From: Lytechinus pictus
Taxonomy: Eukaryota
Reading direction: 5' to 3'
Length of the DNA stretch: 64,000 bases
NCBI RefSeq assembly: GCF_037042905.1
Contig: NC_087245.1
Location: 11,596,001-11,660,000 of the forward strand
Part shown: in pieces, positions 53,691 to 64,000 of the stretch
Numbering within the stretch: position 1 is the first letter of the stretch
Layout: each line of letters starts with the position of its first letter
The notes under the pieces: model-generated
What the model was told of the DNA's origin: nothing
Database searches by the model: none
What the model saw: only the letters and a program-made list of their open reading frames with translations
Position numbers and translations under genes: made by a program

Positions 53691-54174
53691 TTGGTCTCAC
53701 CTGTATACATGTAGCAGAACCAGATTACATGTACAGGTGCCGTTTTTCCAACTGCGGTGGCATTGAAGACATTGAGCACTAAGAGCGCTATTACCATTGC
53801 TATAAGAGACTTTGTCGTAATCTGCATAATATAAAAACTGTAAATGGACCTAGTTCATGAAAATTTCGACATTCAGTATAAAGGGTAATAAAGTATCACT
53901 TAACACCCTGCCTGAGAAACCCGGTCAGCTAAGGACAGTGCTGTTCAATCAGAGATAAGCACTCATGAATGGCTACAGCTGGGGGGGGGGGGGGGGTTAG
54001 GCAGAAAATTTTGCGCATGTGTGTGTGTGTGTCACTGTGTGAAAAGGGGGAAAAAATAGTATGGGGTTAGAAAATCTTGCGTAAAAAGTGTATTTTTTCA
54101 GAGTCAGCACTGCTGCTAAATTGAATTGCATAATGCAGGCAACTAGGCAAGACTGCCAGAGGCATTCCACATGT
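53691..54174 (+). mobile_element. Short decayed copy of the 49206 Helentron/DINE-like family
   Basis: Shares the 5' gtctcacctg...gcaga...gccg.tttttcc, ggacctagttcatgaa, and the 3' agtcagcactgctgcta...gccagaggcattccac. Confidence 0.75.
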
Positions 54175-54254
54175 AGCCAGTAGTAGGGTCCATGTTCAAG
54201 CCATTGGCTAGAGTGCTATCTCCAGGCTGTATAATTTGAACAGATACAGTAATA

Positions 54255-54816
54255 CCGTATTTACACGCTACACCAACTTGCGGGGCAGACCTGCCTCGTG
54301 GAGAAGTTTTGTCCCGTGGATTATTCAGCTTGCAGATCAGACTTGGCTAGCCGTGGGAGACAAACAGACAGATCAGTGGATACATTTTCGCAGACACCCA
54401 CAGTGGTCTGTCAGAATATGCATGCCCACGAAATGAAGAACTGAAAGTAAAGCTGGTAGCTTGTTATCTGTTTCATCTATTTTTGCTCGACACATTTTGG
54501 GAATATTACTAAAAAAGTATGTCTATCATCATGCATGCAGCTCACATGAACGGACGAGATTTACGTCATGAAACGTACTCTTAATCTTGAAGTTGCTCAT
54601 CCTGGGCAGACTCGACTTTGTGTTAACACAGTGAAAAATTGCCATTTCTGCTCCGGCTTGCGGGTGTGATCCTAGTATTTTGGCGGAGCAAAAAAAGCAA
54701 GTCAGCTACAGCTCGTGAAGCAAGGTAATCGCATTTACATGCAGATAAAAAAAGGCGAGTCAGACTCACCTGGCGGGTTAGACCCAAGAGCCGGGGTAGG
54801 TGTAACGTTAACACGG
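54255..54816. mobile_element. Tc1/mariner-superfamily MITE with CCGT termini (Tc2/pogo-like)
   Basis: TA|CCGTATTTACACGCTACACC...GGTGTAACGTTAACACGG|TA. Confidence 0.65.
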
Positions 54817-55980
54817 TATAAATTTAGACGGTGAAAAGGGTATCAAAATGAATATAAATATCAAGAAGTGTATGTACATGTAGGTCTTTATTTCAACAGC
54901 CTTGATATGAGTAGGCCTTTAGGTCTACATGTAATACATACATGTGTATACCATATCATGAAAATGGAATGGTTGAGGCATTATTACATGACAGATACAT
55001 GTACCTGAAATTGGGTACGCTGACATTGAAAGATAGAGGCAGACCCTACTTGTAGTTTACTTGTTGAGGGTCTACAATGTATTTTGAAAGTCCAACACCC
55101 TGATTGTAGACATATATCACAACTCATGTTGATTGATGTGCATATTCATGAACATGTAATGGATTCAAGGCAACTCTCCTGCTTGAATTACATTGACAAT
55201 TCAAAATTTGTCTGTACATGCATGGGAGTACTTGTACTGTATGCCTACAAGACTAAACATTTGAATTAAAAAAAAAACCTTTAAATTTTTACAGTGACAA
55301 GAAAAGATGATGTGACTTCAAATTTGTAGGACCTACATGTACATGTACATGTTGTGTTTGAATAAATATGAATCACTTTGGTACACTATAGAAATCAGTA
55401 TATTATTATTACCGGTATTATTTATTACAAGCAGAATTTGAGAATACAATGTGAGTAATAAAAGGTGTCTGTATTCATGGCACATGAGCTCCTTCCCATA
55501 TTCTCAATGCTTGTTTTTTGTATCTTCAATACAGTTGTGCAATATTTACACTTGAAATGTCACTACAAAACTGATACTGTGGCCTATGTTTGAGGGTAAA
55601 GACATTCTGCCAGAGGCCGAACAATTTGAGACTGTGTAATATGAAAATTGCGTACTGTGGAAATGAAAAGGGAGCTGACAAGATACAGTACGTGTATGCT
55701 TATGTACAGTGTGCTGTATTGTCACTGAGTTGCCGAATGGTCTTTCACTGATTCCAGCTTAGAAAACTGATTCCTTGATTAGAACTTCAAAGCAACAAGT
55801 ACATGTATTGCCAAAAAACATGGTTCAGAATATTATAGTTCATTCATGAGTGACAAATTTTGCCATTGTTGTATGTACGTGTACATGTAGATATTTACAA
55901 GCATGAAGAAACCACTAGATAGAATTCATACATGGTACATGAGATGCACATGTCAGCTTGTAAAGAGGAAATCACACATG

Positions 55981-57075
55981 AGGTGTGTTCAATGTCAGTT
56001 TCCACATTTAAACACAACATGAATCATGATTGAAAATTTAATTACAAAACACAATATACATGTAATGAGAACCCGGGGGGGCCACTTACATTGACGAGTA
56101 GATACCATGCGCGACCAAAAAAACATGTAAAAAGGATGTCTTTTTCAAGATAGGGCACGTTACGTACGTAACGTAATAAGGGTGTCAAAAACACTAAAAT
56201 AATGAAAAAAGGGTAGTTTTATCTATTTTTCGATAGGAAAGCTACGTGTTTAGGGTCAAATTTGCGAGGGTATAAAAAAATTAAGACTAAAATGTTTTAT
56301 AAACGATGTACTTTTTGCCCCAAGAGTCAACACTACGTGTTTAGAGTACAATTTGCCCGAGGTGTTGTGATGTGGGGCTGTACTAAACCCAATGATGTAG
56401 GTAAAACCGACGACCGACGTCATCCGTGGCATAACAATTGAAATATCGCTGTACTTGTTTAGGGATTCAATTCAGGGAATACTTGCCAAGAGTTTCGTTT
56501 TGTTTCCAATACTTGTTAAGGGTAGAGTTTCACACGCCAGCACTTGTTAAGGGGTGCATTTTCAGAATATGGAAAATCCGTGTTTAGGGTGCTTTTCGAG
56601 ACCCCAAGGTCGCGCATGGTATCCACTCGTCAATGGAAGTGGCCCCCCGGGAATGAGAAATAAAGGGTGTGTTCAATGTCCTCCATTCCCGGTTGTAAAA
56701 GTAAACATCTTTCCAATCACGTTTGGAGGAAAATTTAAGCTTTGAAAAAGATGCGCTTGTAAATGCTATCAGCTCACATTTTACAACCTTCAGCATAGTG
56801 AATGCATCATTGAACACGATTGAGTTTTGAAATGTCTTTTAATTTGCTCTCGCAATACCAGCAGGTGCCAGAATTGACCTTTCTTGTGATGGGACAAACT
56901 GTGCACTAAAGCTGCCAGCTAATGATTGCGGGAAATTTAAAGATGATCGACAAATAGCTTTTTGTTTTCAACACTTAACAGTACACTGCTGATCGTGTTT
57001 GTGTTCTGTTGTTTGTAATTGAGTTTTCAATTATGATTCAGGTTGCTGTTTAAATTTGAAAATTGACATTATACT
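55981..57075 (+). mobile_element. Harbinger-like MITE (same family as 63436-63916), split by a nested MITE
   Basis: Colinear with 63436-63916 on both sides of 56072-56651. Confidence 0.8.
56072..56651 (-). mobile_element. hAT-like MITE, same family as 32561-33114
   Basis: Perfect 8-bp TSD aatgagaa (56064-71, 56652-59). Confidence 0.93.
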
Positions 57076-57295
57076 CATCATTTGTTGGCTGTTCATTATG
57101 TTTCAGAAATTCCCCACAAAATTGTAATCAGGCACACATCTGCCATGCCCATGAGCCCTGAGCACATAGGGGAACTGCTACAAAAATAAAATTTCAATGT
57201 CGAATGAAGGGATTTACAACAGTAAGAGAATGACATTCTTCATATTTGCACTAGGAGATACATGTAGATGTTCATGTATTGTAACGCTTACATGT

Positions 57296-57788
57296 ATATG
57301 CTTTTCACACATGATTTGCTTAACCCCATACTATCCTTAACCCCGGACTAGGCGTATCCTTAACCCCATACTATCTTTGTTAGGTTTCACACTGTCTTTC
57401 TTAACCCCATACTATTTGCTTAGCTGGGGTTAATGCTTTAACCTTGGACTATCGTACAGCTCATGAATATTGATGACCTTGCAACACAGCATGATTAATG
57501 TGCAATTTCGACTTCTGTGATTGGCTAATGCATAGCCCCACTTTTCCTTAGCCCGGTTTCGTTTCACACTGCATCTCTTAGCACCGCAATAAGCTGGCTA
57601 ACCCTGCTTTTTTTCAGGGCCAGATAGTACCATACTATTTACCATGCTAGCCCACTTTGCTATAAAAACGTAGTGTGAAAACGAAGTGGGCTAAGCTTAA
57701 CTCCGGGAAGTTGGTGGGGATAAGACCCCCCCTTAGCCCCACCTATTTCCCGTGGTGAAGGAAAATAAGTGCAGTGTGAAAAGCATAT
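57296..57788. mobile_element. MITE with 15-bp perfect TIR (ATATGCTTTTCACAC) and CTTAACCCC repeats
   Basis: TIR seen at both ends. Confidence 0.75.
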
Positions 57789-60198
57789 TTCACTTCTATT
57801 ATACACATGTATGTACACCTGTCTCTATCTTTGAAAGTACGTATTCAAGAAATATCTGAAAACTCTGCCATTGAATCAACAATCTTTCCGTTCCAAATCA
57901 ATGTGTAGAGCGCTGAGAAACAATTATCTTTGTGAGAGCGTGATATAAATGAACATTATGCCAAAATCCACCCAACAGATTTCCCTTCGCAAATTGGCAA
58001 TATACATACAGTATACTATACACATATAGCTACTCTCTGAGGTGACAGAATCGGCATGAAGTCGGTGGCATCATGCTCCTACATGTACATGTACATTTAG
58101 GATAGATATATGAGAATGTGGAGAAGTTGCTGCATGAAACAATTGTTGCATGTTTTCTGGTCTTGTCGTACATGTACATGTGTCAATCCTCGACACTCAG
58201 CCTTATTGCTTAGTTTAGTGGACATAGAATCAGGATTTGGAGCAGAGATAATATAAATGATTGAATCATGCACCCAGTGCATGATCATCTTTTAATCATC
58301 TTTCTGCTGACAGTGGTTCTGCCCTGTTCGGCGGAATATTGACTCTAAAAGTTACTATCATGTTTTCAATTTTGTGGTGAGACTTTCATAAATGTTTATT
58401 CAGAGATAATATTTTTAGACAAACCCAGGAATTGCAAAGAGCTGAGTGGTTGCATGGGGGGGGGGGGGCATGCTTTTGAACTTAGATATGAAAATTGTAT
58501 TATTTTTTGTTGTATTCTATGGAACAATCAGCATTTTGGGAAAATGAAACAACAGTGCTTTGAAACAGATTTCTTCTATTTTAATCAGCATCATGCTTTG
58601 GTTAGGTTAGAGATTTGAGTATAAGAAGGGGGGGGGGGCAAGGCAAATTTTAATGTAAACATTCCCGGTAGGATGCTGAAATGTCACAAACAGCCTATTT
58701 TCCTCATGGACATTCAACATGCATGAACATGGAGATGGTTCGAGTAGAATATATGTCAAGGGACATGCCTTTTACTGCTGATAGAGACAAGAATTGCCAT
58801 GGACAATTGATGTTCCTCTACTCCCTCCTGGAGTATATTATGCCTCATATTAATTGATTGTAGTGACGAATTAGTTATTTAAGATAATCAAACATGACCA
58901 ACAGATGGCATGATGATGATAGGGAGGTGGTTACTTTTGTTTTTGGCTGTTATCATTATCTTGAAAGACCATTTCTTATCTACAATGTTGCATACCGGTA
59001 TATATTGATAGCTTGTTTTTAAATGTCTTTAGTAGACATGTGTGCTGCTCCCTCTTTCCACCCCATTAGGAAAAATAGCTTATTACAATGATTAATTCAT
59101 TTATTCAGGATGAAAATAGAGCTTGGAAGATCACAAGGCCATATCTTGCCAGCTCAATTTCACAATGTGGCAATGTTTGTACACACATCATACACAGATA
59201 TTTAAGCCATGCCCCCAAAGTGAATGCACACTGTATGTACTAGCAGTCTGTGTGTAATAGTAGTGTGTGTCGCTGAACAGGGTATTGTTGACATACCTCA
59301 CAGGCAGACTGTCATTAGAGTATTTCCAGAGGGAGTAAGTTCAATAAGCATAGCGGAACATAAACCCAGAAGCATCACCTGTTAGGTAGTAATTTGTATT
59401 GTTTAATTCTGCTAAGCACCTTTTTGTCTGCATGCATGTTCGCAGAGAAGGACATCATGCTTTATTAGCACTTGTAATTTAATGATGGGATTTATCTATC
59501 AAACTTGCTTATGCTTGGCGATAAAGACATATTTATGTGCCTCTTTCGATATTGAAAGCCCCTGTTGCTGGTTGCATTGAAGTCTAAAATAGTGAAGAAG
59601 TTATATCATTTTTTGCTAGATGATAGATATTAAAGGCTGTTTTGTGGGAAAACGGTGGGAATCTGAAACAAGATCACTTTGGTTATTTAATTTTATCTTG
59701 ATGTAGTGACATCATATTTAGAGAATTTAGATTCTAGCCTTTGAATTAATGATTAGACATACATTGTAGGACAGTCTAGTAATATTAAAAAAAAATCATA
59801 TATCTGCAGTACTTGGTAAATCTGCATTTCAACAACCATGGCTATATTATTAGTGAAACCTGCATGTATAAATAAAAAACACAGTAAATTGCAAATTTGT
59901 CTATTGCCAACTCGTCCACTCATCACATGGCCTACCTTCATTTGGTTTTAATGCCATTCCGTCCAATATTTGGACTAACAACCATTTGGTCCAATCATCA
60001 CTTCATCAATCAATGGTTCGTCTATGACCATTTCGTGTCATAACCAGTTGGTCTGATGTCCATTTTATTTTTATCTATGTCGTCCAATTAGACCAAGTGG
60101 TATATGGACTAAATAACAATTGGACCAACTGGTTACTAGACAAAATGGTGAGTTAATGAAAAGGCAGTTAGACCATGTAGATATTGGACAAAGTGATG

Positions 60199-60753
60199 CC
60201 CGCGGAGGGCACTCAGTATATAATGCATAGTGGGTATGTGCCGCGGAGGGGACCCCCATTTTTACACTCAAATTTCCGTTCCAAGGCATAGCATTTTTGT
60301 CTTATTGAGAAAAAGAACAAAGAAAGCCGCTTCAAAGCATAGCATTTTCTTCTTATCGAGAAAAAAAGAAGAAAGAAATCCGCTCCAAAGCTTCGCATAT
60401 TTTCCGTTACGCCGTTCCGGCCGTATTGATCTGCTACAATGAGCCGCAGTTTGGTGAAAAGCAGCCGCAGAGCGCTGTCCAACCATTGCATCTGCGCTAG
60501 CGCACCCGGCGCCCGTGCCGCCGGGCTATAGCTGCATGCACGTATGTCCGTTCCATAGGGATGAATACGCAATCACACGCAGGCGACCCGTTCCAAAGAC
60601 CCCCGTTTTCACAAACATTTGTCGTTCCGAAGCCCGTTCCGAGGACCCTCCTTTTTACAATAAGCCCGCTCCAAGGCCCCCGTTTTTTGTCTCGCCCGCT
60701 GCACATACCCACTACTTTTTTGGTCGAGTGCCCCCCCCCCCCCCCCCCCCGGG
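60199..60753. mobile_element. hAT-like MITE (CCCG...GGGCACTC / GAGTG(C)nGGG) nested in an older foldback element (~59915-60830)
   Basis: Perfect 8-bp TSD aagtgatg (60191-98, 60754-61). Host arms aatgccattccgtccaat / attggacggattggcatt. Confidence 0.88.
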
Positions 60754-60922
60754 AAGTGATGTTAGACCAAGTGATAGACAAGTTGATAATTGGACGGATT
60801 GGCATTTATAGACCAATTGAAAATGGACTGTATAAACGAGAAAAGTATAAAGCTTAAAATCTTGTGGTGCTGATGTTTCTATGTTTCAGCCCAGATTATA
60901 TCAGCATTTTAAAACATGTTTA

Positions 60923-61451
60923 CATGTGTGATGGGGGGACCTAAAGCTACGCACTTTGTTTTCAAACAATAAAAACTATCCCAATTTTAATATTTCAACA
61001 AATATCTTTCACTAATTTGTGGCAAACATTCTAAAGATCATTAACCAAGAAGAAAATATCGCAAAACTCACTAATACGAAAATCCCGCCGTGTTTTCCGA
61101 ACACCTCTTGATTTCGCCACCCGATGAAGAAGGGGTCCTAAAGCTACGCACTCGATTTATCATGCAAAAAAATAGTATTTCCTGTGCCTCAATTTCTAAA
61201 ATATATTCATATTATTATAGGAAAAAATGAAATTTAAGCGAATATAACTCCAAAATTCCAAACAGTTGTTGGTTTCTCTGCATTTAGAGATTTACTGCAG
61301 CCTCTGTAGAAAAAAATTGAATAGGAATCGTTCGTCACTCTGCAGTCACAGTTCCACACACAGAGTGCGCATTTGCCATAAAAACTGTACGCGCGATGAG
61401 TGGTGCGTAGCTTTAGGACCCGCGCAGCTTTAGGACCCCCTGCCATACATG
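60923..61451. mobile_element. MITE with GGGG(A/T)CCTAAAGCTACGCAC terminal and internal repeats
   Basis: Motif at 60935 and 61133, inverted at ~61404-61440. Termini CATGT.TG / CATACATG. Confidence 0.7.
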
Positions 61452-61887
61452 AAGTTAAAAAAATGGTTGCATCCTTTGTTATTTTCATTTACATGTATAC
61501 ATCAATTCAAATGCTGATTGTTAACTTGCAAAAAAAAAGAAGTTTTTGATGGTTGTTACTCCAGAATCGTGGTTTTGTGGGAAGTTTAAAGAAGACCACG
61601 ATCTAACACATTCAAATGATGTTACATGGTACATGCTTCTGGTGTGTGAATGAAGGTCTGTGTGCATGTACGGTCACATGGTTCTAATGGCCATCAAAAT
61701 ACATGTGATTAATAAGTACTCTCGTTAATACTGCTCTTAGGGGATAATCGCTGACCATGAAGTCCAGCAATAGCTGATGTCCATTTATCATCACCATGGT
61801 TGAAATTCTATAGCTACACATGCATGTCAAGTATTAACAAAATATTTGACAATACTGTGCAATAATTTTGGGAGAACAGAAAATGAA

Positions 61888-62035
61888 GAGGTGCCGTGGT
61901 CTAAGGTGCCTGGCTATACATGTACATGGAAAGTCTGGGGTTCGATCCCTGGCCACGTTACCTACAGTATGCTCTTTTATCATGCATTCAAATAAATGAA
62001 AATGCTTTACACATTATTGGTCACTAGGTGTGCAC
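61888..62035 (+). mobile_element. Decayed tRNA-derived SINE head
   Basis: gccgtggtctaagg...ggggttcgatccctggccacg. Confidence 0.5.
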
Positions 62036-62186
62036 TTGTTTCTTTTTTCTTTTTTTTTTCAAAGAAAAAAAAATGGACTGAGCTTTAATAATCCCTTACT
62101 ATAGATGGGGCTTACTTGCCATTTAGGTCGCTTTTCGCGTGTGAGAAAGGATATGAGTCTTGGTGATAATTCGCTAATATTCTTTA

Positions 62187-62829
62187 AGTTAGGGTTACAC
62201 CGGAACAGAATCAGTGGAGAATCCATCTAAATATTCGTATTCGGGTGGTTTCGGGAGTATTCTGTTCTCCCGCCACGAATGCAATTAAATTTGGGAGGGA
62301 TTCGGGAACATACCCAGAGGAATTCAGCTAGTTTTTAAGTGTTCAAAACGAGCCGAATAACCTCTAAAATACATGTACTCTGAAAGTGACCACAACGAAT
62401 TTCATTTGGGTCACATACAGCATGTATATTCGGATGACAGTCGGTTGGATTAGGGGAGGAATTTGGAGTATTCTGGGCAGACTCTGACCTATCCGTATCA
62501 TTCCGGGCCATATTCGTTCCGATTCCGGTCAATATTCGGCTGTAATCAGAGCAATTGGGTCATATTGGGATGATTCTTGGCACCTTCAAGTTGGCTTGAT
62601 TCTTGCCAATAGTTGGGTGGTATTTGGCTTTAATCGGGATGGCTAATATCGTTTCGGCGATTCTGTGCTGAATTGGGACCTTTTCTGGATCCATTTGCTC
62701 TATTCGGGGAGCTCCCCGAGTCAGAGAAGGAAAGGTTCCGAAATCAGCAAATCCATCCGAGTCTGGCCATATTCGGGCAGAATCGGTCCGAATTTATTCA
62801 GGAGAATTCAGTTTTGGTGTAACCCAACT
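62187..62829. mobile_element. MITE with AGTT(A)GGGTTACACC TIRs and TTAA-like flanks
   Basis: agttagggttacaccggaacagaatc / gaattcagttttggtgtaacccaact-ttaa. Confidence 0.7.
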
Positions 62830-62900
62830 TTAAGTGTGAAAATGACAGTGGGACTTAATGCATAGTTTTTATTAGATCGGTTTATGATATTGGTAACATA

Positions 62901-63402
62901 CAGTGCGTCCCAGAAAAAAGGAAACCGGGATTCCCATGTACAAATGTATTTTTCCTTCAAAAGCAAATGAATTAATTCAGTTATTCCTCTTTATTTTGAT
63001 GCCCATTAATATGAGACAAACACTTCAAGCATTAATTAGCGAGACGAGTTTGAAATTTTAATGTCAAAACCAGGTTGCGCAGAAAAATTTGACATGATTG
63101 ACCCTGCTTATTCGACGATTAGCTCATTAGCATTTCTTTTGTATTCTTAAGATTCTCTCACTGATCCCTGAAATGAAAGTGGAATCAGATTCTCGCGTGA
63201 GTTTCTGTGCAATTCGTTTCTAATATACCTCAATATTTATTGTTTGTAATCTGCCATACATGAACGACTTGCTTAGCTGTTGGTTTCATATCCGAGATTA
63301 GATTCCACCCTTGCCATGAGTATTAAATTCATAGGAATAACATATTTAATAATTGTGAAACCTATCTCTGAAAACAGGTTTCCTATTTTGTGGGATGCAC
63401 TG
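62901..63402. mobile_element. Tc1/mariner-type MITE with CAGTG termini and TA TSD
   Basis: TA|CAGTGCGTCCCAGAAAAAAGGAAACC...GGTTTCCTATTTTGTGGGATGCACTG|TA. Confidence 0.88.
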
Positions 63403-63435
63403 TACATGTAGTAGCAAGCTGACAATCTTGACTCA

Positions 63436-63916
63436 GGGTGTGTGCAATGTTGATTTTCAAATTTAAATAGCAACATGAATCATGATTGAAAAGGCAATTA
63501 CAAAACGTGGATATGAGAAACAAAGGATGTGTTCCATGTCCCCCATTCCTGGTAGTAAAAGTAAAATCATTCAGATCGTGATTCAGAGGAAAATTTAAAA
63601 CGGTGAAAAGGATGCATTTGGGAATGAGATCAGCTCTGATTTCAGCATCGTGAATGCAACACTGAGCACGAATAAGTTTTGAAACGTCTCTCTTGCAATG
63701 GAAGCCTACACAAGCACGTGTCAGAATTGATGGGTCAAACTGCGCCGTAAGCTGCGTAACGAGAGTCGGAAATTTATAGACAATCGACGTATAATCAGCT
63801 TTATATTTTCGACACTGAACGGTGCATCCCTGATGGTGTTTGTGTTCCTTGTGTTTTCAAATTCAATCATGATTCACGATTCTGTTTAAATTTGAAAATC
63901 AACATTGAACAGACCC
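63436..63916 (+). mobile_element. PIF/Harbinger-like MITE
   Basis: About 55-bp TIRs GGGTGTGTGCAATGTTGATTTTCAAATTTAAA... / ...TTTAAATTTGAAAATCAACATTGAACAGACCC; flanks TCA/TAA. Confidence 0.85.
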
Positions 63917-64000
63917 TAAAATGGCTATAGATGCTATACATGCAAATGTGTTAAACACTGTTTGTCTGCAGTGATGTTTGCACAATAGCATAAACACACA

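Noticed and set aside
60071..60857. Cluster of overlapping GC-rich ORFs
   Set aside because: They lie largely within a TSD-flanked MITE and its host repeat, with no protein motifs.

Overview
This is AT-rich eukaryotic (metazoan invertebrate) genomic DNA. The repeat families look echinoid/sea-urchin-like, which is an inference from pattern recognition. Two protein-coding genes are partly inside the window. The first is the 5' part of a UBE2E-class ubiquitin-conjugating enzyme on the + strand (ATG exon 46702-46910 and a 51-nt exon 52010-52060), followed by an intron of more than 11.9 kb running off the window. The second is an unidentified Pro/Ser/Gly-rich gene on the - strand (533-nt exon 1821-2353 and a candidate 117-nt exon 5693-5809), with about 25 kb of upstream non-coding DNA carrying CpG-rich islands. 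The rest is a dense mosaic of non-autonomous DNA transposons (8-bp-TSD hAT-like, TTAA Kolobok-like, TWA Harbinger-like, TA Tc1/mariner-like), a Helentron/DINE-like element with about 163-bp tandem repeats, tRNA-derived SINEs, LINE 3' ends and microsatellites. The most striking observation is that 6-bp CATGTA insertions (also GGCCTA, and possibly CCGGTA) at TA dinucleotides can be shown by comparing paralogous repeats within the window. They are strongly concentrated in the UBE2E gene body and match the expected excision footprints of TA-targeting elements whose termini are present nearby. All counts and alignments were made by eye.
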